From contig CAYRAO010000003.1 of the NCBI GenBank assembly GCA_964422395.1, positions 90,344 through 154,343 on the forward strand: 64,000 nucleotides of DNA, read 5' to 3'. This document shows positions 6,938 to 16,560 of this stretch, one piece after another (position 1 is the first letter of the stretch; every line of letters starts with the position of its first letter). The notes below the pieces were generated by a model. The model saw nothing but the letters and a program-made list of their open reading frames with translations. It did not search any database and was not told the DNA's origin. The translations under genes and the position numbers were made by a program. The stretch comes from an uncultured Clostridia bacterium (GTDB lineage: Bacteria; Acidobacteriota; Aminicenantia; UBA2199).

Positions 6938-9898
6938 ATGATCGGATTGTTTGAAGAAGGAAAAATGCCTTTTAATGATTTACAAAATAAGTTGATGATT
7001 CTTAAGGGAGAGTTGGACGGAGATATCTTTTTATCACTTGCTTCGCGGATCATGTATGCAACGGATGCTTCCGAATATCGGCTTATCCCGATAGCGGTTT
7101 CCCTTCCTAAAAATAAAAAAGATGTTAAAAAGCTAATTGGTTTTGCTAAAAGAAACGGAATATGTTTAATCCCTAGAGCAGCAGGGACATCTTTGGCGGG
7201 GCAAGTTGTCGGAAATGGAATTATTGTTGATGTAGGCAAGTATATGAATGGGATCATTGAGATAAACAGTGATGAAAAGTGGGTAAGGGTTGAACCCGGT
7301 GTTGTGCTTGATGAGCTAAATCTTAAACTTATGAATTTCGGACTTTTTTTTGCTCCCGAAACTTCTACTTCAAACAGATGCATGATAGGAGGTATGGCGG
7401 GAAACAATGCTTGCGGATTGCATTCGCTTGTTTATGGCAATACAGGAGATCATATAATATCTATGAAAACAATCCTTTCGGATGGAAGCGAAGCCGAGTT
7501 CGGAGCCGAAAGGGCGGAGTCTTTTTTCAAGAAGAGTAAAAGTGATTCGCTGGAATCCTTATTGTATAAAAATATTACCGATATTTTGTCAGTTAAAGAA
7601 AACAGGGATCGGATCAAACTTGAATACCCCCGTTTTGATATACAAAGAAGAAATACGGGATATGCGATTGACCGTTTTCTTGATGCCGAACCGTTTGGCG
7701 GAACGGATAGTTTTAATTTTTCCAAACTTCTTGTCGGATCGGAGGGGACTCTTGCATTTACTACGGAATTAAAACTAAATCTTGTTCCTCTCCCTCCTTC
7801 GGAAAAAGCTTTGGTATGTGCCCATTTTAAGAGTTTTAGTGAGTCTGTTAAGGCTAATTTAACGGTTCTCAAACATAATCCCAGAGCAATAGAATTGGTT
7901 GATAAATTTATTCTTGACTGCACAAAGGACAATATTAAGCAGGCTGAGAATAGATTTTTTCTTCAAGGTGATCCTGAGGCAATATTGATAATTGAGTTGG
8001 CGGAGAACTCAAAGCGAGAACTTAACAAAAAAATTAAAACATTGATATCGGATTTGGAAAAAAAAGGGTTGGGATACGCTTACCCTATGTTAATCGGTGA
8101 GGATATTAATAAAGTATGGTCTTTGAGAAAAGCCGGACTTGGTGTTGTTCACAATATTCAGGGAGATTACAAGCCTGTCTCTGTAATAGAGGATACATCC
8201 GTTCATCCTGAAGATTTAATGGACTACATTTCGGATATAAAAAAAGCGCTAAAAAAAAATAACTTAAAAAGTGTATTTTACGGGCATATTTCAACCGGAG
8301 AGCTCCATATCAGACCCATGATTAACTTGAAAAAAAATACCGGAGTGAAAATTTTTAGGGATATTGCAGAGAATACTGCAAAGATAGTAAAAAAATATCG
8401 GGGATCTCTTTCGGGTGAACACGGTGACGGGTTGCTGAGGAGTGAATTTATTCCGAAAATGATCGGTAGACAAAATTATGAATTGCTTAGGCGGATAAAA
8501 AGAACATGGGATCCTGACAATATATTCAATTCGGGAAAAATTGTTGATCCTTTTCCGATGGATTCCAATCTTAGATATTCACGGCAAGAAGGTGAACAAT
8601 TTGTAGAGCCTTTCTTTGATTTTTCAAACGAGACGGGGCTACTCCAGGCTGTTGAAAAATGTAGCGGATCGGGGGATTGCAGAAAATCGGTAATTTTCGG
8701 TGGAATTATGTGTCCGAGTTTTATGGCAACGGGTGATGAGTCGAACACAACGAGAGCACGTGCTAATATTCTTCGGGAATTTTTAACAAATTCAAAAAAG
8801 AGAAATAAATTTAACCACAAAGAAATTTATGACGTCCTTGATCTATGTCTCTCATGCAAAGGGTGCAAGTCGGAGTGCCCTTCAAATGTGGATATGACAA
8901 AATATAAAGCTGAATTTCTGCACCATTATTATTTATCAAACGGAATACCGTTGAGGACAAGATTGATCGGGTATATTTCTTTTGTAAACAAGATCGGAAG
9001 TGTTTTTCCGTCTTTATACAATTTTATTTTATCGAATCGTCGTATTTCGACTATAATAAAAAAAACAATCGGATTTGCACCCGCAAGATCAGTACCACTT
9101 CTTTCCAAGATCACATTGAGAATGTGGGCAAGGAAAAATTTAAGTAATAAGAAGAATGAGGGAAAGACAGTTTATCTTTTCGCAGATGAATTTACTAATT
9201 ACAACGATACCGAGATTGGGATAAAAGCAATAAATATTCTTACAAAACTCGGGTATAATGTAAAAATCCCAAAGCATGTTCAGAGCGGGAGAGTTCTCTT
9301 TTCAAAAGGGATGTTGAGAAAGGCTAAAGTAATTGTCCGAAAAAATATTAATTATTTAAAGGATATTATAACTTATGATTCTCCACTCATCGGAATTGAG
9401 CCGTCGGCAATTTTGTCATTTCGAGACGAATATCCTGATATTTCGGGAATGGATTTAAGAAATGATGCAAAAGAGTTAGGTGAGAATTGCCTTATGTTTG
9501 ACGAATTTATAAGCAGAGAAATTGATACGGGAAATATTAAAAGTAATCGGTTTACCGACAAATATTTGAAAATAAAACTTCACGGACATTGCCATCAGAA
9601 GTCAATTGCTTCAACTGCTTCTACAAAGAAAATGCTATCACTCCCTCTCAATTATGTAGTGGAAGAGATCCCTTCTGGTTGCTGTGGAATGGCAGGTTCG
9701 TTTGGGTTCGAGACCGAACATTATGATCTTTCGATGAAGGTAGGAGAGTTGGTGCTTTTTCCGGAAGTAAGGGAAACTTCAGAAAGTGTGATTATTTCCG
9801 CTCCCGGAACCAGTTGCCGGCAGCATATTGAAGACGGAACCGGTAAAAAAGCATTTCATCCGATTGAAATTCTTTATGATGCTTTGCTACTGAAATAA
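6938..9898 (+). CDS. FAD-linked oxidase fused to Fe-S/CCG domains (YdiJ / GlcD-GlcF-like D-2-hydroxyacid dehydrogenase)
   Basis: FAD-binding PCMH N-terminus (RAAGTSLAGQVVG). Two 4Fe-4S motifs (CSGSGDCRKS...CPS, CLSCKGCKSECP). Two Cys-rich CCG domains (HGHCHQKS; SGCCGMAGSFGFE). 986 aa, similar in size to E. coli YdiJ. Confidence 0.8.
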   Translation: MIGLFEEGKMPFNDLQNKLMILKGELDGDIFLSLASRIMYATDASEYRLIPIAVSLPKNKKDVKKLIGFAKRNGICLIPRAAGTSLAGQVVGNGIIVDVGKYMNGIIEINSDEKWVRVEPGVVLDELNLKLMNFGLFFAPETSTSNRCMIGGMAGNNACGLHSLVYGNTGDHIISMKTILSDGSEAEFGAERAESFFKKSKSDSLESLLYKNITDILSVKENRDRIKLEYPRFDIQRRNTGYAIDRFLDAEPFGGTDSFNFSKLLVGSEGTLAFTTELKLNLVPLPPSEKALVCAHFKSFSESVKANLTVLKHNPRAIELVDKFILDCTKDNIKQAENRFFLQGDPEAILIIELAENSKRELNKKIKTLISDLEKKGLGYAYPMLIGEDINKVWSLRKAGLGVVHNIQGDYKPVSVIEDTSVHPEDLMDYISDIKKALKKNNLKSVFYGHISTGELHIRPMINLKKNTGVKIFRDIAENTAKIVKKYRGSLSGEHGDGLLRSEFIPKMIGRQNYELLRRIKRTWDPDNIFNSGKIVDPFPMDSNLRYSRQEGEQFVEPFFDFSNETGLLQAVEKCSGSGDCRKSVIFGGIMCPSFMATGDESNTTRARANILREFLTNSKKRNKFNHKEIYDVLDLCLSCKGCKSECPSNVDMTKYKAEFLHHYYLSNGIPLRTRLIGYISFVNKIGSVFPSLYNFILSNRRISTIIKKTIGFAPARSVPLLSKITLRMWARKNLSNKKNEGKTVYLFADEFTNYNDTEIGIKAINILTKLGYNVKIPKHVQSGRVLFSKGMLRKAKVIVRKNINYLKDIITYDSPLIGIEPSAILSFRDEYPDISGMDLRNDAKELGENCLMFDEFISREIDTGNIKSNRFTDKYLKIKLHGHCHQKSIASTASTKKMLSLPLNYVVEEIPSGCCGMAGSFGFETEHYDLSMKVGELVLFPEVRETSESVIISAPGTSCRQHIEDGTGKKAFHPIEILYDALLLK

Positions 9899-9992
9899 AA
9901 AAGTTAAATTTCAGTAATCATATTTTTTTCAAAACGAGATAAATTGGGTGACGGTGCACCCCAAACTATTCCTGACTTTGTAGTCGGTTTTG

Positions 9993-10019
9993 TTGACACT
10001 AATTTAAAACTGCTATAAT
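9993..10019 (+). promoter_or_regulatory. near-consensus σ70 promoter TTGACA-N15-TATAAT
   Basis: -35 at 9993-9998 and -10 at 10014-10019. The -10 ends only 5-8 nt before the TTG/ATG start of the GT-C gene. Confidence 0.35.
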
Positions 10020-10024
10020 ATCAT

Positions 10025-12475
10025 TTGATGAAATTAAGTTTACCATTTTTTCGCAAAAATCTATTTGTCAGGGAAAATTTTATAAAAATTCTGGTTTTTT
10101 TGTTAATCTTATTGTCATTTCTAATCTCTATTTCAAACTCGGTACCTTTTAAATCCGTTGATGAGGGAATGATAGCAAATTGGATATGGGGATTTAATGA
10201 AAATCCTTTTCCGGTAAACCAATATCCTCCGCTTTTTTTATACTTACATTTTCTTTTGTCTCTGTTATACAAGTCTGTTTTTTTATTGTTGGGAATTATT
10301 AAAACCGGATATGAATTTTTGTATACAGGTCTAGGTTATAATTTCATGATCGAAGCGGGGAGATATATTTCTGCAATATTCGGTATGTTAACGGTTTATA
10401 CTATTTATAAATCAGGGAAAAAATTTTTTAGTTTAAGCATTGCTTTTGTTTCATTGTTGTTGATTGCATTTAATGAGGTTTTTATCCTCCATTCACATAT
10501 TTTCAAGTCTGATATTCTGGTTACTCTATTAATTTCGGTTTCTCTCTATTTTTTGTTGGATTTTGTAGATAAACCCGAAAAAAGATCACTGTTCTCAGCT
10601 TCATTTTTTTTCGGGCTTGCATTTGCAGCAAAATATAATATTGCGGTTTTCTTTGTAGTAATTATTTACGCAATATTTATTAGGAAAAAAATACTGGGAT
10701 TTTTTCGTAGTTTCTCCATCCTTTTTTTAGGAGGTTTTTTTGGATTTATCATAGCCTCCCCAAATTGGATTGTGAATCCTTTGGGAAATTTTAAAAAATT
10801 AATTCAAGTATACAACATCAATGACGGAAGTGTTTATATTCAACATCTTTCCCCTTTTTCAATCTATGCTCATTTTATATCCGATATTAAAGATCAGTTC
10901 GGAATCATTTTGTTTGTTGCTCTTATTGCCGGAATTGTATTTTCATTTTTTAAGAAAAACGAAAAAGGAATTTTACTCTCGATCTTTCTTATTATTTACA
11001 TCCTCCTTTTCGGGTTTACGGGATTTTACGGGAGAAGATTTTTGTTGCCGATCTTTCCTGCAATTATATTGTTGACATCTAAATTTCTTTTGGAAGATAT
11101 TATAAATATCCGGAAGATTAATGGAAATGTTAAGAAAGCCATAACAGTTATGTTTTTTATACCGATTGTTTATTTTTCATTTGATAGGGTTATAACTGAA
11201 ATGAGAAGATTTAATATGCTTAATGTTGAATCAAAATCGGAATCCACACTGAAATACAGGAGAGAACACAATCTTAATGATAGAAAGTATGTATTCGGAT
11301 CACAATTGATGACACCGAGAATGAAGGGGGATGTCAGATTCAGAAGAAATTTTAGAATAAAAAAGTATTTCAGAAGAAGGGGAATTCCTGATTTTATACA
11401 GGTTAATACGTCAATGAAATGGGACTTTGAAAAATTTGGTAAAACTAAAGATCCCTATCTTATAGATATTTCAAACTTTAAAGTTTTTCACAAAATAGAG
11501 AGAGAAAAAGTTCAGGATTGGGATTATAACATACATTTTCTTTACAAAATTTCTAAGGAATTGAGAAAGATTGATCCTGTCGGTACTTTAAATATTGAGT
11601 TGCCGACGATGTACTATGAAAACGGAGGTGATTTTTTCTATCCGAAACAGAGATATGAGAAAACACAAGGATTATTAATGTCCAATTCGGGATATTGTTT
11701 TACCAGAATATATTCAAAGAATAGAATCGGTTCGTTTGAAGTGAAAATTTTTTCCACCAATTCATTACCGCTTATGAAAATAGGTATTAACGGTAGAGAG
11801 AAGGTAATAAGAGGGCTACGAGTAAAGGAGTTGGTAAGGGAGATTCATATTGAAAGAATCAATGAAAGTGAGTTTTACAAACAGTATATGTATTCAGTTA
11901 AAATTTGCCCTGAAGGAAAATTTAATCCTGTTAAAATTCCGGATTACTACGCTGTTGTCAAACCGATATTTGAACAAAAATTACATTCTGAAAAGTTCGG
12001 ACTTAATAATATCAATTTAGAGAAGATTCCGGAAATATTTTCTTCCTCAAAATATCCTGACTGGGTAAAAAAAGTATATAAGGATACATCGGTCGATCTC
12101 TCTTTGTATGAGTTTATAAATACGTTTGATTTAACAGATAAATTAAAAAAGGATTGTTGTGTTTATGAGAGTCCGATATTTCCTTTGGAATCGGGTGATT
12201 ATCTATTAACTTTTGTGTTTGAGCCGTTAGTCGGAGATTTTTTCCGTAATGGAAATGGAGAGGTTGAGTATGAAATATATTCTTCCAAGGCTAAAAAGTT
12301 AAAAAGTTTTAAACTTAAGCACACAAAGGAAATGTCCTATCCTATTAAAGTGGATTCGGATTTGTCATTTTTCAGATTTAAGGTAAAAAACCTTAGGAAA
12401 AACAATCTTTTATTAAAAAGTGTATCCGTAAAACCGGACATAATCAAATTTATTCGAAAAAAATATATTAAATAA
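10025..12475 (+). CDS. GT-C fold membrane glycosyltransferase (GT39/GT83, ArnT/PMT-like) with about 400-aa C-terminal extracytoplasmic domain
   Basis: About 11 predicted TM helices. DE motif in the first periplasmic loop (KSVDEGMIANW), as in ArnT/PMT enzymes that use polyprenyl-phosphate sugar donors. Long soluble C-terminal domain of unknown function. The ORF-track start is TTG; ATG follows at 10028. Confidence 0.65.
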   Translation: MMKLSLPFFRKNLFVRENFIKILVFLLILLSFLISISNSVPFKSVDEGMIANWIWGFNENPFPVNQYPPLFLYLHFLLSLLYKSVFLLLGIIKTGYEFLYTGLGYNFMIEAGRYISAIFGMLTVYTIYKSGKKFFSLSIAFVSLLLIAFNEVFILHSHIFKSDILVTLLISVSLYFLLDFVDKPEKRSLFSASFFFGLAFAAKYNIAVFFVVIIYAIFIRKKILGFFRSFSILFLGGFFGFIIASPNWIVNPLGNFKKLIQVYNINDGSVYIQHLSPFSIYAHFISDIKDQFGIILFVALIAGIVFSFFKKNEKGILLSIFLIIYILLFGFTGFYGRRFLLPIFPAIILLTSKFLLEDIINIRKINGNVKKAITVMFFIPIVYFSFDRVITEMRRFNMLNVESKSESTLKYRREHNLNDRKYVFGSQLMTPRMKGDVRFRRNFRIKKYFRRRGIPDFIQVNTSMKWDFEKFGKTKDPYLIDISNFKVFHKIEREKVQDWDYNIHFLYKISKELRKIDPVGTLNIELPTMYYENGGDFFYPKQRYEKTQGLLMSNSGYCFTRIYSKNRIGSFEVKIFSTNSLPLMKIGINGREKVIRGLRVKELVREIHIERINESEFYKQYMYSVKICPEGKFNPVKIPDYYAVVKPIFEQKLHSEKFGLNNINLEKIPEIFSSSKYPDWVKKVYKDTSVDLSLYEFINTFDLTDKLKKDCCVYESPIFPLESGDYLLTFVFEPLVGDFFRNGNGEVEYEIYSSKAKKLKSFKLKHTKEMSYPIKVDSDLSFFRFKVKNLRKNNLLLKSVSVKPDIIKFIRKKYIK

Positions 12476-12489
12476 ACCTAATTACGTAT

Positions 12490-14451
12490 TTAATTCGACT
12501 TTTTAAGAACTACAAATGCTCCCGTAGATTCTCTTCCCGATGTATCAACAACAGTAACGGAATATGCAATTTTCTCAATGCTATCGTCAACAACCTCTTT
12601 GTATTTTAAATTTCCGGGATCCGTTGTTTTTACAAGTTGCTTGTTTCCTTTTAGGATACGGTAAACTCTATACTCTTTAACTGAAGTGTTCAAAGGGTTT
12701 GCTTCCCATTGAAGTATTGTGGAACTCTCTTTGAAGAAGATCGTCCGTTTCAGTGAAAATTCACCGCTAATGTTCAATGGTTGATAAACCGGACATTTTG
12801 TGACTGTTACGCTATCGGTTTTTGTTTGACCGCTTCCTTCATATGCTTTGGCTTTAACGGTATGGCTTCCTTCGCTTATTCCGACTGTATTCCACTCGTA
12901 AGAATAGGGTGCTGAAGTGAAAGTATTAACAAGAACATTGTCTATGTATAGTTCAACATTACCTAACTCATCTCTGTCATCATTTGCATACAATTCAATT
13001 TTAACTGTTCCCGAAACACATCCACCGTCAACCAAGTTAATAATACTAAGTTCTGGAGGACAGTTAAGGGTGACGGTTATTGATTTTTCAATTATGGAAT
13101 TGTCGGCTTTTGTTGCCTTTATACTTAACGAATGTTGTCCGAGCTTTGCATTTCCGGTATTCCATTTGATTGAGAAAGGTTCCGTTGATGATGTACCGAT
13201 AGATTTTCCATCAACAAAAAATTCCACACTTGATACAACCTGCGGATCGATATTTGCTTCAAAATACACCAAGGGACCGCAAACATTTTCTCCGTCTAAA
13301 GGAGCCGATATCCCCTGACTGTACCCGATGGATTCAGTATACATTTTAAGAGTTTTGGTGTTTGATCTCCAGATTATATGTACTTTATTCTTACTCATTG
13401 CAATGGCGGGTTTCGAATTTGTTTTAAGCATTGCATTTCTATCAAGATGGATCATCCTCCAAACCCCATCTGTTTTTTTTGCCAACTCAACTGTGGTTAC
13501 TTTATTTGCATCGGTTTCTTGAGCCCATGATATATAAACATTCTCAGGATTTATTGCTGCGATAACCGGATCATCGTGATAATGACCCTCCATCTTAATT
13601 AATCTCGGATTACAATACTCTGTTTTTGTAAAATCGAAATTGTCAAGGCTTGCATAAGAATGTCCCTGATTGATTCTGGCTCCGGGAAGGTTGTAGGAGA
13701 GGTATACAAGATGTACGTTGTTTTCAGTATCAACGAAGATATCGGGTTGTTTTGCAGAGTTGTCTTTTGTCGGAATATCTATTGTAGGGCTTTGAGAAAG
13801 GTCTCCGCCTGCCCTTGCAAATCTATAATGGATTGTCCTTTTGTTAATACTCCATACGGCATGAATATTTCCTTGCTTATCGTTGTAAATATCGGGCCAA
13901 ATATTGCGAACAGTCTTAGGGGACAGGTATCCTTTCTGAATGTATTGCCCGTTGCGTGCTTTTCTTACATATACTACCGGTATATCGTTTGATCCGTTTC
14001 TATATCTAACAAAAATAAAATGGGTGACACCTGTTCCGTCAACTGCACAGGAAATATATTGTACAAGTCTTCCGAAATCTCCGGTGTAAGCGGTTTTAAC
14101 ATGCCAACCGGTACTATCCTTGTAAGCGTGTTTAACTTGATTTGGCCCAATCTCTTTTTGGGCATATGCAATATGAATTTCCGATCCGTCAGGCATAACG
14201 GATATTCTCGGTCTGAATTTGTTTACAGCAACGTATCCGAGCCCCGGAATGGTTTCTTTTTTTATAATTTTATTGTTTTTTACTTGACCGTAATAGGGGA
14301 TATTTTTCCTTAACCAAAAAATATGAACCACATTGTTTGCATCAGCTTGCATTTCATAAAAATCCGCTTTTACTCCCAGATCAATTATTTCTTGAGCCGG
14401 AACTGAAACAAACATAAAAATTATAATTAAAAATACATGGATTAACTTCAT
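12490..14451 (-). CDS. secreted BNR/β-propeller-like protein with C-terminal Ig-like (Big) domains
   Basis: Start chosen at ATG 14449-14451 (MKLIHVFLIIIFMFVSVPAQE signal peptide), with GGAGGAG 3 nt upstream. The ORF-track TTG at 14484 has no RBS. The C-terminus has two Ig-like repeats (SITVTLNCPPE..., SVTVTKCP...). Confidence 0.6.
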   Translation of the reverse strand: MKLIHVFLIIIFMFVSVPAQEIIDLGVKADFYEMQADANNVVHIFWLRKNIPYYGQVKNNKIIKKETIPGLGYVAVNKFRPRISVMPDGSEIHIAYAQKEIGPNQVKHAYKDSTGWHVKTAYTGDFGRLVQYISCAVDGTGVTHFIFVRYRNGSNDIPVVYVRKARNGQYIQKGYLSPKTVRNIWPDIYNDKQGNIHAVWSINKRTIHYRFARAGGDLSQSPTIDIPTKDNSAKQPDIFVDTENNVHLVYLSYNLPGARINQGHSYASLDNFDFTKTEYCNPRLIKMEGHYHDDPVIAAINPENVYISWAQETDANKVTTVELAKKTDGVWRMIHLDRNAMLKTNSKPAIAMSKNKVHIIWRSNTKTLKMYTESIGYSQGISAPLDGENVCGPLVYFEANIDPQVVSSVEFFVDGKSIGTSSTEPFSIKWNTGNAKLGQHSLSIKATKADNSIIEKSITVTLNCPPELSIINLVDGGCVSGTVKIELYANDDRDELGNVELYIDNVLVNTFTSAPYSYEWNTVGISEGSHTVKAKAYEGSGQTKTDSVTVTKCPVYQPLNISGEFSLKRTIFFKESSTILQWEANPLNTSVKEYRVYRILKGNKQLVKTTDPGNLKYKEVVDDSIEKIAYSVTVVDTSGRESTGAFVVLKKSN

Positions 14452-14568
14452 GAACTCCTCCGTGACTTTATTGTTACAACACAATTTCGCTTATAATTAT
14501 ACATTCTAAAATATACAACTCAGGATATTACTATGTTTGTCTTTATTAGTCAAATTTGTACATTAACG

Positions 14569-14850
14569 TTATTTTTGTAGAAAAGGTGTTTTTTCTATTT
14601 CTAGGTCGTTAAAATCGATCTTAATATGAAATTCGGAATATTTCCCGAAAAAAAAATTGTTGCCGATCCCTTTTCGAAGAGGAAAAAGGGTATCGGTTTT
14701 TTTCAGATCAAAAATACAATCGACGGGAGCGGTTTTACTGTTCATGAAATTTGTTTTTGAGATTCCGAAATGTCTCCTTCCGATCGAAAATTTTATCATT
14801 TCATTTTCGACCGTTATCGGATATTTTCCGGGGATTAGATTTTTATACAC
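14569..14850 (-). CDS. hypothetical small protein (93 aa)
   Basis: Only protein-like ORF in the 540-bp gap between the BNR gene and ahcY. No recognisable motifs. The overlapping plus-strand ORF 14657-14854 is considered a shadow. Confidence 0.3.
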   Translation of the reverse strand: MYKNLIPGKYPITVENEMIKFSIGRRHFGISKTNFMNSKTAPVDCIFDLKKTDTLFPLRKGIGNNFFFGKYSEFHIKIDFNDLEIEKTPFLQK

Positions 14851-15026
14851 TTAATCCTCTTTAAATCGTAACCATGCTCAATCCTAATATATGATATTGG
14901 TAAATTTTAGTCAAGTGTTTTATAAAACGGTGAAGTGATACCCGATCCTTTAGACAAAAGGGGCAAAACATGGTAGTATGGAACCGAATTTAGTGATAAT
15001 CCGAATGGAAATATAAGGAGTCATAA

Positions 15027-16451
15027 ATGGGATATATTGAGCTTGATCTAAAATTAAAAAATAAAATAGCTGACATATCTCTTGCCGAATGGGGAGAGAA
15101 AGAGATGAAACTTGCAGAGGTTGAAATGCCCGGACTTATGGCGGTTCGCGAAAAATACGGGAATGAGAAACCGCTTAAGGGGTTAAAGATAACAGGAAGT
15201 CTCCATATGACGATACAGACGGCGATGTTGATAGAAACTTTGCTTGAACTTGGAGCGGATGTGAGATGGTCTTCATGTAATATCTTTTCAACTCAGGACC
15301 ATGCGGCCGCTGCTATAGCCGGAAAAGGTAAAGTTCCGGTATTTGCATGGAAAGGGGAAACTCTTGAAGAATATTGGTGGGCACTTGAGCAGGCTCTAAC
15401 TTGGCCGGATGGGTCGGGACCGGACCTTATTGTTGATGACGGGGGAGATGCAACTTTATTAATTCATAAAGGTGTTGAAGCGGAAATGAATCCTGAAATA
15501 TTGAACAAAATTTATGAAATAGAAGAAGAACAAGTTCTCATGAACAGGATAAAAGAGGGATTGAAGAAAGATGCGGCATATTGGAGCAAACTTTCATCAA
15601 GAATAAAAGGAGTTTCCGAAGAGACAACAACGGGAGTTCATCGTCTTTATCAATTTGAAAAGGAAGGGAAATTGCTATTTCCCGCTATAAATGTGAATGA
15701 TTCCGTGACGAAATCTAAATTTGACAATCTTTACGGATGCCGCGAATCGTTGGTTGACGGAATTAAGAGAGCAACTGATATAATGTTGGCGGGAAAGAGA
15801 GTCCTTGTATGTGGTTATGGCGATGTAGGAAAAGGTAGTGCTCAATCTCTTGTCGGATTCGGAGCAAAAGTATTTGTAACGGAAATTGATCCTATTTGTG
15901 CCCTTCAGGCTGCAATGGAAGGTTATGAAGTATGCAGACTTGAAGATGTTGTTGGAGATATTGATATTTTCGTAACTGCAACCGGAAATTTTAATGTTAT
16001 TAACGGAAAACATATGGAAGAGATGAAAGAGGGTGCGATAGTTTGTAATATCGGTCATTTTGACAATGAAATAGAGATGTCATATTTGGAAAAGTCTTCC
16101 TATTGTAAGAAAACCTCTATCAAGCCCCAAGTAGATAAATGGACTCTTAAATCGGGAAGATCGATAATCATTCTTGCAGAGGGACGTCTTGTTAATCTAG
16201 GGTGTGCAACCGGACATCCGAGTTTTGTGATGAGTACAAGTTTTACCAATCAGTCTCTTGCTCAGGTTGAATTAGCGAAAAATAAGTATGAGAATAAGGT
16301 TTATACTCTTCCCAAGAAGCTTGATGAAGAAGTTGCCCGTTTACATCTTGACAAACTCGGAGTAAAACTGACAAAAATGACTCAAAAGCAATCGGATTAT
16401 CTCCAGGTCCCTATTGACGGTCCGTATAAACCGGATTATTACAGATATTAG
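15027..16451 (+). CDS. ahcY: adenosylhomocysteinase
   Basis: 474 aa. NAD-binding [20 protein letters not shown], and conserved SAHH N- and C-terminal blocks. AAGGAG RBS 7 nt upstream. Confidence 0.95.
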   Translation: MGYIELDLKLKNKIADISLAEWGEKEMKLAEVEMPGLMAVREKYGNEKPLKGLKITGSLHMTIQTAMLIETLLELGADVRWSSCNIFSTQDHAAAAIAGKGKVPVFAWKGETLEEYWWALEQALTWPDGSGPDLIVDDGGDATLLIHKGVEAEMNPEILNKIYEIEEEQVLMNRIKEGLKKDAAYWSKLSSRIKGVSEETTTGVHRLYQFEKEGKLLFPAINVNDSVTKSKFDNLYGCRESLVDGIKRATDIMLAGKRVLVCGYGDVGKGSAQSLVGFGAKVFVTEIDPICALQAAMEGYEVCRLEDVVGDIDIFVTATGNFNVINGKHMEEMKEGAIVCNIGHFDNEIEMSYLEKSSYCKKTSIKPQVDKWTLKSGRSIIILAEGRLVNLGCATGHPSFVMSTSFTNQSLAQVELAKNKYENKVYTLPKKLDEEVARLHLDKLGVKLTKMTQKQSDYLQVPIDGPYKPDYYRY

Positions 16452-16560
16452 AGTTCAACTTACAGCCTTCGGTGTTCAGAAATTCGTAAGGACGACTCTC
16501 CATGGTCGCCCGAAATTTAAAATTTAGAATTATGATCGGAGCGGGTGGCGGGAGTTGATT

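Noticed and set aside
9946-9957. 12-mer GGGTGACGGTGC shared between intergenic regions at 9946 and 63646
   Set aside because: In 64 kb, on the order of 100 shared 12-mers are expected by chance. There is no further similarity in the flanks. Not treated as a repeat element or shared operator.
16452-16560. Bidirectional terminator between convergent ahcY and mutS
   Set aside because: Only imperfect stems were found (GGACGAC...GTCGCC), with no clear U-tract. Too weak to call.
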